DNA of 51,160 bases. Source: a plasmid. Location of the stretch: sequence record NZ_CP115194.1; one strand, 5' to 3'. How positions within the stretch are numbered: the stretch's first letter is position 1; every line of letters starts with the position of its first letter. The notes under the pieces were generated by a model. The model did not search any database. It was not told the DNA's origin and saw only the letters and a program-made list of their open reading frames with translations. Shown piece by piece: positions 1 to 9,210 of the stretch. The position numbers and the translations under genes are program-made.

Positions 1-193
1 GGGCCTTGGCGTCGGCCAACGTCGCCGCGTCGCCATCGGCGCGGGCTTTCGCTTCAGCGTCCACCAGCTGCTGCGAGTGCTGGTTCGCACTCGCCAGAGT
101 CTGCGCATCGCCATCCGCCCGGGCCTGGGCTTCGGCGGCCACCGTCTGATCGGTGTGCGCCTTGGCATTTGCACGTTTATCGCGCGTACACAT
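1..193 (-). CDS. hypothetical Ala/Asp-rich repeat protein; partial, its 3' part lies left of the window
   Basis: ATG (revcomp of cat at 191-193) preceded by an AAGGTGA ribosome-binding site. The frame stays open to position 1. Translation begins MCTRDKRANAKAHTDQTVAAEAQARADGDAQTLA, with repeated ARADGDA-x-TLA motifs. It is missing from the ORF track because there is no stop in the window. Confidence 0.3.
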   Translation of the reverse strand, partial: MCTRDKRANAKAHTDQTVAAEAQARADGDAQTLASANQHSQQLVDAEAKARADGDAATLADAKA

Positions 194-252
194 GATTTTC
201 ACCTTCGCTGTAAGTGTGCGCCCCTGTTTCTGGGCTCTATTAGTTGGCTTAG

Positions 253-843
253 TTAGTGGGAAGTCTCTGAAGTCGGCATATGTTCAAAATTCGGCACAAC
301 ACCGGGTTCGACGCGAACAGGCAGGGCCCCGTACTGCTCCAGTACAGTCAGCATCATGTCCAACTGGCTTGCCGAGTCATCGCTAATTCTCTCAAGTACA
401 AACTGGCATCTCTGCAATATATGCACCCGGCGTCGTAAATTCTCGTAAGAGGTCTGTACGTTCTTACGTATGGCCTTTACTTCTTCGTTCTTCAGGTCAC
501 TCAAGAACTCACGTTCTTTTTTCGTCAAAGGCCATAGGGGACGGAGCCGTCCCGAACCTACGGTCTCACTGCGCTGCCAGATGGGTTCAACTGCCATGTG
601 TGAAGCAATATCCAGCATGCTCAGTCCCAGGGCCAGCATTTGCGACCGCTTAACATCATACTGGCGGTCGAGCATCGTCCCTGGTTGCCCTTTGTCCCTG
701 CGCTCGCGGATAGTAAAGCTCACGCCGTCGTACATTTTAGGGGCATCAGAGTCGTCCTCTAAAACCGCGTAGCCGTGCCCAGCTTCCACGCATACGACAT
801 GCTTGCCGAGGTTAAACTTCAGTTCTATGTGGGACTTGGCCAT
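253..843 (-). CDS. hypothetical conserved plasmid/ICE protein; no recognisable motif
   Basis: 200 aa ORF, with MAKSHIEL as the likely start. It is co-directional with ssb and the T4SS operon. No motifs were recognised. Confidence 0.4.
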   Translation of the reverse strand: MAKSHIELKFNLGKHVVCVEAGHGYAVLEDDSDAPKMYDGVSFTIRERRDKGQPGTMLDRQYDVKRSQMLALGLSMLDIASHMAVEPIWQRSETVGSGRLRPLWPLTKKEREFLSDLKNEEVKAIRKNVQTSYENLRRRVHILQRCQFVLERISDDSASQLDMMLTVLEQYGALPVRVEPGVVPNFEHMPTSETSH

Positions 844-881
844 AAAATTAACCACCTATTTGGATACTGTAAGTAGACGTC

Positions 882-1286
882 TTAGTCCGGAATATCGTCC
901 ATATCATCAACGGGTGGCGGGTTATCCCCTTCTTTGGCACGCCCGCGCGCCAGAACCTGCATAGTTCCGTCGAAGTCGACGCTAACTTCGGTCGTGTACT
1001 GGTCGTTACCCTCCTTGTCTTTCCACTTCCGGGTTCGCAGGCTGCCTTCGACAAACAGCAGCGTCCCTTTACCGACGTACTCCCCGACGATTTCCGCCAG
1101 GCGGCCGAAGAACACCACGCGATGCCACTCGGTGCGTTCTTTCTGCTGGCCGGTCTGCTTGTCCTTCCAGGTTTCGCTGGTAGCGAGGGTGATGTTCGCT
1201 ACCGCCTTACCGTCGGCGGTGTAGCGCACTTCGGGATCGCCCCCGACGTTACCGACCAGGGTCACTCGGTTGATTCCACGTGCCAT
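882..1286 (-). CDS. ssb: single-stranded DNA-binding protein
   Basis: Begins [23 protein letters not shown], contains the conserved Trp/Phe residues and a Gly/Pro-rich tail ending DDIPD, the canonical acidic C-terminus. It is 134 aa. Confidence 0.9.
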   Translation of the reverse strand: MARGINRVTLVGNVGGDPEVRYTADGKAVANITLATSETWKDKQTGQQKERTEWHRVVFFGRLAEIVGEYVGKGTLLFVEGSLRTRKWKDKEGNDQYTTEVSVDFDGTMQVLARGRAKEGDNPPPVDDMDDIPD

Positions 1287-1313
1287 GTCGCTTCTCCTTC
1301 GTCGTTGTTCGAC

Positions 1314-1709
1314 CTACTCGCCGTACAGGGCGAGGAAGGCCTCGTGAACCGCCTCGAATGAGGCGGATGACAGCTCTCCCAAGGGTTGGTCGGCGTAGCC
1401 ACCAGCTGCTATCAGGACCTCGCCGTCGCTTGTCGAAAGCCGTGCGGCTGCGCGATGAACTGCGCACGCGCATTCGTATTCCCACTGCTCATGGATCTGA
1501 CTGTTCCCCACCCCCTCGAGGACGCTGGCCGCCAGGTCCTGGGCCAGAACATAGCGATCACGGTCGAAGACCAGGACCTGGCCAGCAATGTCCATGAGCT
1601 CGCCGCAGCTAGCACCACGCAGTTTCGCGAGCTGGTACCTGGACCAGCCGGACAGGCTCTCGCGGTATTGCCGCAGCCAGGCCAGATCCTCGAGGGTGAG
1701 CAGGCTCAT
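1314..1709 (-). CDS. hypothetical protein
   Basis: 131 aa ORF. Its start overlaps the upstream gene by 4 bp (ATGA), which suggests an operon. Confidence 0.45.
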   Translation of the reverse strand: MSLLTLEDLAWLRQYRESLSGWSRYQLAKLRGASCGELMDIAGQVLVFDRDRYVLAQDLAASVLEGVGNSQIHEQWEYECACAVHRAAARLSTSDGEVLIAAGGYADQPLGELSSASFEAVHEAFLALYGE

Positions 1710-2029
1710 TTCTCCTCCGGGATCGGCTGGCCAAGGCGGCGATAGGCTTCTTCGGCCGCGGCCTGGGCATCACTCTCCGTACCGGTGAAAGACGGTGAGT
1801 CCGTGCAGTAGGTACGGATCTTTTTCTTCCGCTTGTAGATCATCGGAGGCTGCCAGCACTTGGTCAGCACCTTCGGACATTCGCCGCCGGTGAAACCTGT
1901 AGTTGCACACATCATGTATGCGCCGCGCATGTCGTTCTTATCTTTCCACTTGAAGTCGTAGATCGAACTAGCGACTGCCGGCTGTGAAGTAACTGCGAAT
2001 AGTGCGAGTACCGGGACAATGATTTTCAT
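1706..2029 (-). CDS. small secreted Cys-containing protein; conjugation-cluster accessory
   Basis: N-terminal signal peptide MKIIVPVLALFAVTSQPAVA, 107 aa. It overlaps the downstream gene by 4 bp. Confidence 0.45.
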   Translation of the reverse strand: MKIIVPVLALFAVTSQPAVASSIYDFKWKDKNDMRGAYMMCATTGFTGGECPKVLTKCWQPPMIYKRKKKIRTYCTDSPSFTGTESDAQAAAEEAYRRLGQPIPEEK

Positions 2030-2808
2030 AATGCGCGCGCCTCCGCTGCCGCGAGTCCTGCCATGATTCGACTTACATAGTTCTGAGTTTCCTCATAGGG
2101 CGGTATTCCGCCGTACTTACGTACAGCCCCCTCCCCTGCGTTATATGCAGCGATCGTCAACTTCAAGTTGCCACCGAACGCCCGATACAGCCTGGCCAGG
2201 TGCTTCGTGCCGCCGCGGATGTTCGACTCGGGGTCGAACGGGTCGACGCCGAACTCCTCGGACACCGCATCCATGAGCTGCATAAGTCCCTTCGCCCCCT
2301 TCGGACTGACGGCTGCGGGGTTGAATCGCGACTCTTCATGGATCATCAACGTCACCAGGGTCGGACTCATACGCACCTGGTGCGCGTAGCGCTGTATCAG
2401 CCCCGCATACGGCGCCGCCTTGGCCGCCATCGAGGCAGGCACAACCAGGCCCGCCTGCGGCTCCTCGGCAAGATCCCATAGCCGAATGGCACCGTCCCAG
2501 TCGTCAGATGCCGGCGGCGCCGGCGGTCGAGCCTGTTGTGCCGGTTGCTCGTCGAAGGCCTTGAAAGCCCCCTTGAGCTCCTGCAACTGGTCCGAACGCC
2601 AGGGCGTTGCCGAGTCGTCGCCAAGGCTGCTCAGCGCATTGCGCTGGGCGGCCATCGGCGCCGGCGGTGCGGAGAACAGGAAGTCGTACAGCGCCTGCTC
2701 GTCCTCAGCCGCCTGCAGGGCGGGCATTGTGAAGGCCGCGACCAACACCAGGACCGCCTTACTTGAGCGCTTGCGGGAACGCACTGTAGCGATACGTGAC
2801 GGGTTCAT
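2026..2808 (-). CDS. lytic transglycosylase, SLT domain (VirB1-like)
   Basis: Carries the GLMQLM and AYNAGEGAV motifs typical of the soluble lytic transglycosylase family. It has an N-terminal signal-like segment and sits inside the T4SS operon. Confidence 0.8.
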   Translation of the reverse strand: MNPSRIATVRSRKRSSKAVLVLVAAFTMPALQAAEDEQALYDFLFSAPPAPMAAQRNALSSLGDDSATPWRSDQLQELKGAFKAFDEQPAQQARPPAPPASDDWDGAIRLWDLAEEPQAGLVVPASMAAKAAPYAGLIQRYAHQVRMSPTLVTLMIHEESRFNPAAVSPKGAKGLMQLMDAVSEEFGVDPFDPESNIRGGTKHLARLYRAFGGNLKLTIAAYNAGEGAVRKYGGIPPYEETQNYVSRIMAGLAAAEARAL

Positions 2809-2959
2809 TGTCCACCCCTACCGGCCGGGTCAGGTCGCGTGAAATGACGTTGCGCTGCTGCAACTGGAAGAACTCACCGGTGCCCTCGATCTTGGTACTC
2901 GAGCACCCGGCCAGAGCCAGCAGCGCGGCGGTCGCGAGAATCGTCTTGGTCTTCATCAC
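2759..2959 (-). CDS. small lipoprotein (VirB7/TrbH-like position)
   Basis: Begins MMKTKTILATAALLALAGCSS, giving a lipobox LAGC. It is 66 aa and overlaps the downstream gene by 4 bp. Confidence 0.55.
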   Translation of the reverse strand: MMKTKTILATAALLALAGCSSTKIEGTGEFFQLQQRNVISRDLTRPVGVDNEPVTYRYSAFPQALK

Positions 2960-3330
2960 TTGCTCCCCGAGATCGAAACCAACTTGTGGTTGTGGTCCAC
3001 GATGACGTAGTTATCGACGCCGACCAGGAGCTGCAGCGCATCGATGACCGGCATGGTCCGATGGAGCTTCACGATCGGCGGGATCGCGCGATTGGCGAAC
3101 TTGATAGCGTCACTGGGCGCGGGGTACTGAGTGATGAACCGGTACCCGGTCGGCTCCAGCACATAGCGCGCGGCCTGGCCGATCGTCTTCACGTCCTCGG
3201 GCCAGGACGTCCGGACATACAGGCTCAGCGGATCTACATAGATGGGTTGTTGCGGCTGCTCGGCCGCAACCGAAAGCGCCGGCAACGCCATGATGGCGAG
3301 CAAGGCCTTAGTAATCAGCGAGTTCTTCAT
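2956..3330 (-). CDS. secreted T4SS-associated protein; its native upstream region has been replaced by the transposon end
   Basis: Signal peptide MKNSLITKALLAIMALPALSVAAE. Its ATG lies directly against the Tn3-family inverted repeat at 3331. Confidence 0.5.
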   Translation of the reverse strand: MKNSLITKALLAIMALPALSVAAEQPQQPIYVDPLSLYVRTSWPEDVKTIGQAARYVLEPTGYRFITQYPAPSDAIKFANRAIPPIVKLHRTMPVIDALQLLVGVDNYVIVDHNHKLVSISGSK

Positions 3331-3368
3331 GGGGAGCCCGCGGAATTCGGAAAAAATCGTACGCTAAG
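3331..3368 (+). repeat. Tn3-family 38 bp terminal inverted repeat (left)
   Basis: GGGG...ACGCTAAG, the hallmark ends of Tn3-family inverted repeats. Confidence 0.8.
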
Positions 3369-3474
3369 CCTCAATGCCTGCGCCGGCAGGCCTTTGCGTC
3401 TTGGCTCTGAGAATGAAGCCTCGGAACGGCTGAGATTGAACGTTCCCCAACTGCTTTATAGCTTTGGCGACAGA

Positions 3475-3750
3475 TCAGCGATCTTCACGGGTGTGCCACA
3501 GACGCAGCAGATAGATGGTAGAGCTCGCAATTTCGTAGCGCATCTCGTAATGCCCGACCAGAATCCGCCGCACGTCACGCGGATCGAACTCTTCCAGGCG
3601 CTCACCGATGCGCGGGTTGGCCAGCAGCTTAGTCGGTGCGCTCGTTAGTTGCTGCACGGTACGTGCCGCAGCGGGACGGTTCACAGCCGCCAGGAACTCA
3701 TATAGTCGAGTCAGATCGGACAGCCCCTTGTTCGTCCACTTCAACTCCAT
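3475..3750 (-). CDS. parE: ParE/RelE-family toxin
   Basis: 91 aa, beginning MELKWTNKGLSDLTRLYEFLAA and ending YLLRLWHTREDR. Its start overlaps the upstream antitoxin stop. Confidence 0.8.
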   Translation of the reverse strand: MELKWTNKGLSDLTRLYEFLAAVNRPAAARTVQQLTSAPTKLLANPRIGERLEEFDPRDVRRILVGHYEMRYEIASSTIYLLRLWHTREDR

Positions 3751-4022
3751 CAGCGCGGCACCGGCACCGGAGTGTCAGCACTAAGGCTATCGGCCCAGGC
3801 CTGGACTGCCTGATGGTCAATCACGCAGCCGGCATCCACATCAACCAGAGCCTCGCGGGTCAGGCGGCTACGCTCGTCTTCCTGGTCGAGCCAGGCTGTA
3901 AGAGCCTGCTTGACGATCCAGTTCTTGGAGCGCTCCAGGCGCTCTGCGATGTCATCGACTCGTTCGGCCAACTCTATGGGGACATGGGCGGTGACAGATC
4001 TGGTTTTGGCGTTAGCGGGCAT
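3750..4022 (-). CDS. parD: ParD/CopG ribbon-helix-helix antitoxin
   Basis: 90 aa. The N-terminal RHH fold (VTAHVPIELAERVDDIAERLERSKNWIVKQAL) is followed by a toxin-neutralising tail. Confidence 0.8.
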   Translation of the reverse strand: MPANAKTRSVTAHVPIELAERVDDIAERLERSKNWIVKQALTAWLDQEDERSRLTREALVDVDAGCVIDHQAVQAWADSLSADTPVPVPR

Positions 4023-4224
4023 GATGGTTACCTGCGGCTCGATTTAAAATTAATCATAATAAATAAAATAGAAGCGTCAAGCATGAATGTCAGATTGAAC
4101 TATACCCTAACCGGATGTCAGATAAGGTCGCGCGGCTCCGTCAGAATAGAGTCCACTTTCGCGTTCTTTGACACATGCCCGCGAAGGTCATAGATTTCAG
4201 CCTGACAAAATCGTTCAGGGCGCA
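4023..4224. promoter_or_regulatory. putative res site / divergent promoter region between parD and tnpR
   Basis: AT-rich 200 bp region, contrasting with the 60% GC surroundings, with repeated TGTCAGAT-like half-sites. It lies where res sits in Tn3-family elements. Confidence 0.4.
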
Positions 4225-4839
4225 ATGGAACCAAAAACCAACGTAAGCCCTTACCCCCATCCAACCCATGGAGGCATCTTGCAGGGACACCGTATCGGCT
4301 ATGTCCGGGTTAGCAGCTTCGACCAGAACCCGGAACGCCAACTGGAACAGACCCAGGTGAGCAAGGTGTTCACCGACAAAGCCTCGGGCAAGGACACTCA
4401 GCGTCCCCAACTCGAAGCGCTGCTGAGCTTCGTCCGCGAGGGCGACACCGTGGTGGTGCACAGCATGGATCGCCTGGCCCGCAACCTTGATGACTTGCGC
4501 CGCCTGGTGCAGAAGCTGACCCAGCGCGGTGTGCGTATCGAGTTCCTGAAAGAGGGCCTGGTCTTCACGGGCGAGGACTCGCCCATGGCCAACCTGATGC
4601 TTTCGGTGATGGGGGCCTTCGCCGAGTTTGAGCGTGCACTGATCCGCGAGCGGCAGCGCGAGGGCATTACCCTGGCCAAGCAGCGCGGCGCGTACCGGGG
4701 CCGCAAAAAGGCCCTGTCCGACGAGCAGGCAGCTACCCTGTGGATGCGGGCAGCGGCCGGTGAGCCCAAGGCTCAGCTCGCCCGCGAGTTCAACATCAGC
4801 CGGCAGACCCTCTACCAGTACCTCCGCACGAACGAGTGA
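4225..4839 (+). CDS. tnpR: Tn3-family serine resolvase
   Basis: Contains GYVRVSSFDQN (catalytic Ser) and a C-terminal HTH (ISRQTLYQYL). Start set at the internal ATG at 4225. Confidence 0.8.
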   Translation: MEPKTNVSPYPHPTHGGILQGHRIGYVRVSSFDQNPERQLEQTQVSKVFTDKASGKDTQRPQLEALLSFVREGDTVVVHSMDRLARNLDDLRRLVQKLTQRGVRIEFLKEGLVFTGEDSPMANLMLSVMGAFAEFERALIRERQREGITLAKQRGAYRGRKKALSDEQAATLWMRAAAGEPKAQLAREFNISRQTLYQYLRTNE

Positions 4840-4909
4840 GCTGCAATGCAGGTAACACCTTCTGTCGCGTAGAACCAACCAGATTCAAAGAGTTTAGCTC
4901 GGACGCTTC

Positions 4910-6142
4910 ATGCACGAAGGTATCGAAGCCGTACCCGATAGTGATGTGCCCCTGAACTATTGCTACGGTTTTCGCTCTCTGCCCGGCAGCGAGTTCGTTG
5001 CGAGCGACGAAATCTGTATTTATCTCCTGTCCATACAGGAACTGCATGTTGGCCTGAAGGGCCTCAACCTTTTGACCTATGCCAAGCTGTCCTGGCTGCA
5101 AGCCTGGCACATCCGCGACGAAACCTATTCGGCGGCCCTGGCCGAGTTGGTCAATCATCAATACCGCCATGTTTTTGCCGCTCACTGGGGGGACGGCACT
5201 ACCTCATCCTCCGATGGCCAGCGCTTCCGGGCTGGCGGCCGGGGCGAGAGTACCGGGCACGTCAATCCGAAGTACGGCAGCGAGCCGGGGCGGTTGTTTT
5301 ACACCCATATCTCCGACCAGTACGCGCCGTTCAGCACCCGCGTGGTGAATGTCGGCGTGCGCGACTCCACCTATGTGCTCGACGGCTTGCTGTACCACGA
5401 GTCCGACCTGCGGATCGAGGAGCACTACACCGACACGGCTGGCTTCACCGATCACGTCTTCGCCCTGATGCACCTGCTGGGCTTCCGCTTCGCACCACGC
5501 ATCCGCGACCTCGGTGAAGCCAGGCTGTATGTGCCGCAGGGCGTGCAGGCCTACCCGACGCTGAGGCCGATGATAGGCGGCACCCTGAACATCAAGCACG
5601 TGCGCGCCCATTGGGATGACATCCTGCGCCTGGCCAGTTCGATCAAGCAGGGCACCGTCACCGCCTCACTGATGCTGCGCAAGCTCGGCAGCTATCCGCG
5701 CCAGAATGGCCTGGCCGTCGCCCTGCGCGAGCTGGGCCGGATCGAACGCACGCTGTTTATTCTCGACTGGCTGCAAAGCGTCGAGCTGCGCCGCCGCGTG
5801 CATGCCGGATTGAACAAAGGTGAGGCGCGCAACTCCCTGGCCAGGGCGGTGTTCTTCAACCGTCTAGGGGAAATCAGGGATCGCAGCTTCGAGCAGCAGC
5901 GCTACCGGGCCAGCGGCCTCAACCTGGTGACGGCGGCCATCGTGCTGTGGAACACAGTGTACCTGGAGCGCGCCACCCAGGCGGTGGGCGACATGGGCAA
6001 GCCGGTGGACGGCGATCTGCTGCAATACCTGTCGCCGCTGGGCTGGGAACACATCAGCCTGACCGGCGATTACGTCTGGCGGCAGAGCCGCAGGCTGGAA
6101 GACGGGAAGTTCAGGCCGCTACGGCTACCCGGAAAACCTTAG
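4910..6142 (+). pseudogene. tnpA: Tn3-family transposase, C-terminal 410 aa only (the N-terminal ~580 aa are deleted)
   Basis: Contains [15 protein letters not shown] and the C-terminal [12 protein letters not shown] motifs of Tn3 TnpA. Only 1.2 kb lies between tnpR and the inverted repeat, whereas a full tnpA is ~3 kb. Confidence 0.8.
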
Positions 6143-7571
6143 CGTACGATTTTTTCCGAATTCTGCGGGCTCCCCTTTCATAGACGTGCTTCCAGGGTTT
6201 GACGTAGACGTCATCCTCGAACGAGACATAGAAGGTCTGCCCGGGGCGGATAGTGACGGTGGGGACGATGTTGAGGTACTTCTGGACCAGGCTCGAAGCC
6301 TGCCGGCGACTGCTGTCGCCGACGTCGCCGGCGAACGTCGAATCGTTGTCGGAGCCAGATCCGGAGCGACTGGTCGAGCTGCCGATCAGCGCGTAGGCCG
6401 CCACTCCCAGGAACTGGGACAGCAGGTGATAGTCCACCTGGTCCGCGATCGCGGCGACCCCTTCGCGGTCCAGGCCGGCGGCCTTGGACAGGTCGATCTT
6501 GTTGCCACCTGGTAGGATTACCCAATCGTTGGTGATGCCCATCCGGTGCTGGATGGCCTCGTTGACGTTGCCGGCCTTGTGCACACGCATGATGATCTCG
6601 GAGCCTTTCGGGATCGCCACGTACTGCCGGGTAATGTCGTAGACGTCTCGGCTGACCAGCCCCTTGAGCTGGCCACCCTGGAAGTCGCTGACGCCCTTGC
6701 GCATGAACTGGGCCGGGATCTCGGTGCCGGGAGGCAGCTTGAGCATGCCCTCGATATCTGCGTTGTAGGCATTCTCCTTCGTGTATCCGACAACATCGGT
6801 CGGCGCCGGCGTGAAGGTTTTCTTCACCTGCTCGAGTTCCTCGCGCTTCTGCGCCAGGAAGGAAGGCTCTTCACCAGGCGGCGCGGACTGAAGCTCTTTC
6901 CGCAAGCGTTCTGCGGCCTCGATCCGCTGCCGCAAGTCCTTGCGGCGCGCTTCGAGGCTGCCCCCGGTCTGGGTCGGCGAATTCAGCAGGTTCTGAGCCT
7001 CGGCCGCAGAGGTCGAATATGGGCCTCGACTGGCAACGGCCACTCCTGCGCCGCCGCGCTGAGCCTTCGCCACCGCATCGGTGTAGCCCCAAGGGCTCTG
7101 AGCGCTCTTCAGAGCGCGCATGCGCTCCTCACTGCGCCACTTCGCGTAAGCCTTCTGTTCTGCAGAAGGCTCGCGCGCCTTGCCCTTGCCCTGGCTCGCC
7201 TTGCTCGTGTCGTCACGGCCCTGGAACTGCGACCAAGCCTGCTGCCCCGTTGTCTTCAGCTCGCCGGCGGCCTCGTCCACTTGTTCCTGGAACGAGTTGC
7301 GCTCGGACAGCCGCGATTGCTGCCGGGAAACGAGATCTCCGAACTGGCTGGCCCCTGCTCCCATGTTCGAGGACTGCCGTTGCTGCTGCCGCTGCTCGGC
7401 CGCTGACTGTCGGGACCCACTGCCGCCGTTGGCTTTGAACCAGATGAAGTTGAGCACAAGGGCAACCAGGATCAGCCCGATCGAGGCCAAGAGCCAGCGC
7501 TGTAGCTTCGTCCTGTGCGCGGCCGGGCGCTCCCGGATCCGCGGCTGTGCTTCGTCAGCCATGGTGGTCAC
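6111..7571 (-). CDS. VirB10/TrbI-like T4SS protein; its 3' end is disrupted by the Tn3-family insertion, so the last ~21 codons read into the inverted repeat
   Basis: N-terminal TM segment, a Gln/Pro-rich linker, and a C-terminal conserved domain (…[19 protein letters not shown]…[11 protein letters not shown]…). The native frame, reconstructed across the insertion, ends KHVYEELADY, overlapping the ATG of the next gene. Confidence 0.6.
   Translation of the reverse strand: MTTMADEAQPRIRERPAAHRTKLQRWLLASIGLILVALVLNFIWFKANGGSGSRQSAAEQRQQQRQSSNMGAGASQFGDLVSRQQSRLSERNSFQEQVDEAAGELKTTGQQAWSQFQGRDDTSKASQGKGKAREPSAEQKAYAKWRSEERMRALKSAQSPWGYTDAVAKAQRGGAGVAVASRGPYSTSAAEAQNLLNSPTQTGGSLEARRKDLRQRIEAAERLRKELQSAPPGEEPSFLAQKREELEQVKKTFTPAPTDVVGYTKENAYNADIEGMLKLPPGTEIPAQFMRKGVSDFQGGQLKGLVSRDVYDITRQYVAIPKGSEIIMRVHKAGNVNEAIQHRMGITNDWVILPGGNKIDLSKAAGLDREGVAAIADQVDYHLLSQFLGVAAYALIGSSTSRSGSGSDNDSTFAGDVGDSSRRQASSLVQKYLNIVPTVTIRPGQTFYVSFEDDVYVKPWKHVYERGARRIRKKSYAKVFRVAVAA
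6138..6175 (-). repeat. Tn3-family 38 bp terminal inverted repeat (right)
   Basis: Reverse complement is GGGGAGCCCGCAGAATTCGGAAAAAATCGTACGCTAAG. Confidence 0.8.
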
Positions 7572-8413
7572 TCCCCGAAGGTCTTCGCATCGGCCCGGGA
7601 AACGCTGATTCGCGCGTCGTCGACGCGCAGCGTGAAGGACGGGTAGATGCCGTTGATGGTGTACATGCCGTAGGCGTCGTCGTAGCGCACCGGCACGATG
7701 GCGTTCTTCTCACCGATGACCGACTCGACGGACAGCAGCCCGCGGTTGGGGGTGTTCAGCCGGATGTATGTGAACCGACCGTCGTCGTACACGTCTGAAA
7801 TGAGGTTCTGCGCGGCGAAGCCCTTGCCCTGGTCCCAGCTGTAACGGGTGTAGATGTGGTAGCGGTACCGCCGCAGCGCCTCCATGACGGCCTTACGGCT
7901 ATTGTCCGCGGCCGCGCGCCGCTCCTCGGCCATCTGCTGGGTCAAGGCCGCGTTCTGCTGGGCGAAGGCGGCGCCCTGCCGCATCTGCGCGCTGGAGAGG
8001 TTCTGCAGGCCTGCCCGAGCCGAGTCATTGAAGAACTGGCCGTCGGTCTTCACGATCACGCACGGTTCATTCTGTGCGGCCGCGACCCGGCGAAACATGA
8101 AGTCGTAGGCGTTGCCATCGGTCGTGAACGCTCGAACCATGGTTTCGACGCCCTCGGGCTCGTTGACCGAGTTCGGCTTGACCAGCATCACGGTGGCGGC
8201 GCCATCGACGTCCCATAGAACCTTGTTACTCGGCACCTTCGTCACCAGGTCAACGGGGAATTGAACGCGAGTGCCAAGACTCACAGCGGAGGAAATGGTC
8301 ACGACCGTTCCCTCACGCCAGTGAATTTCGCGGCAGGCCGTCGGCGCGGCTGCAACTCCTGCAGACGCGGCGAGAGAGCCCAGCACAAGAATGGAGGAGA
8401 TGAACTGTTTCAT
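7568..8413 (-). CDS. VirB9/TrbG-like T4SS protein
   Basis: Signal peptide and a C-terminal beta-rich domain. It sits between the VirB8-like and VirB10-like genes. Confidence 0.55.
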   Translation of the reverse strand: MKQFISSILVLGSLAASAGVAAAPTACREIHWREGTVVTISSAVSLGTRVQFPVDLVTKVPSNKVLWDVDGAATVMLVKPNSVNEPEGVETMVRAFTTDGNAYDFMFRRVAAAQNEPCVIVKTDGQFFNDSARAGLQNLSSAQMRQGAAFAQQNAALTQQMAEERRAAADNSRKAVMEALRRYRYHIYTRYSWDQGKGFAAQNLISDVYDDGRFTYIRLNTPNRGLLSVESVIGEKNAIVPVRYDDAYGMYTINGIYPSFTLRVDDARISVSRADAKTFGE

Positions 8414-9198
8414 TGGGGTTGAACCTCGCTGCGCTTCGCCTTGATCCCTGCCGGATCGTCGATTTCTTCGTAGTCCACGATTTCAAGTCCAATCGGATTG
8501 ACGTCGAGGATCTTGGTGTTCTTCGAGGCCAATTCCTCGAGTTCTTTCTTATCCACCAGGCGCCACTGTAGTCGCGCGATCTTGGCACTCCTGCTCTTCT
8601 CGAACCCCTGCGGGCTCGTCGAGATTTTGGTGTAGTAGATATTGGTCCGCACAACTTCCGACGATTTGTTGGAAAAAACAGCCGGCACAGTGTCGTAATG
8701 GTCGATCCAGATATCAGCTATTGAGATGCGGTCCTCTGTCGCTTCTTTCGCAGCGATAGCAGCTGCCTTCTTGACTGCATCGAAGCCGCCGTTCTTCTCT
8801 TCATCGACAAAGCGCTGATACAGCGCATTAGAAACGAGCATCCCCACCTGGCCGTAGTCCCTCGTAATGGTCGGTGGGAACACACCGAAACGCACTCTGA
8901 TGAAGTCTTTCAGCAACGCATCAACCGTCGCGGGCAGATACTCTTGATAGGGCTGACGTTTGAAGTACGAGATTTCCCTGTTCCCATTCGGGTACAGCTT
9001 CACGTAAGCGATTTCAAGATTGCGAGAGGCCTTTTCGGCCATCGACGAGAGAGAAACCGAAAGCACAACGATGGCAACCACAAGAACAAGAATAGCCACC
9101 AGAAGCCAATTGATAGTCACCTGAAGTTTAGTGTCTCGCCGTGGCTGATCGCTTTTTTCAGCGCGAGCGATCCCCGTGTTGTCAACTATGCCAACCAT
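8410..9198 (-). CDS. VirB8/TrbF-like bitopic T4SS protein
   Basis: Single N-terminal TM segment (WLLVAILVLVVAIVVLSV) followed by a periplasmic domain. It lies between the VirB6 and VirB9 analogues. Confidence 0.5.
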   Translation of the reverse strand: MVGIVDNTGIARAEKSDQPRRDTKLQVTINWLLVAILVLVVAIVVLSVSLSSMAEKASRNLEIAYVKLYPNGNREISYFKRQPYQEYLPATVDALLKDFIRVRFGVFPPTITRDYGQVGMLVSNALYQRFVDEEKNGGFDAVKKAAAIAAKEATEDRISIADIWIDHYDTVPAVFSNKSSEVVRTNIYYTKISTSPQGFEKSRSAKIARLQWRLVDKKELEELASKNTKILDVNPIGLEIVDYEEIDDPAGIKAKRSEVQPQ

Positions 9199-9210
9199 AA
9201 ATTTACCCTC

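Larger units (their letters stand above)
3331..6176 (+). mobile_element. Tn3-family transposon, Tn5501-like, tnpA-deleted: IR, parE, parD, res, tnpR, truncated tnpA, IR
   Basis: 38 bp terminal inverted repeats GGGGAGCCCGC(G/A)GAATTCGGAAAAAATCGTACGCTAAG at both ends in inverted orientation. Contains a resolvase and the C-terminal part of a Tn3 TnpA. The flanking TTCAT is duplicated. Confidence 0.8.
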
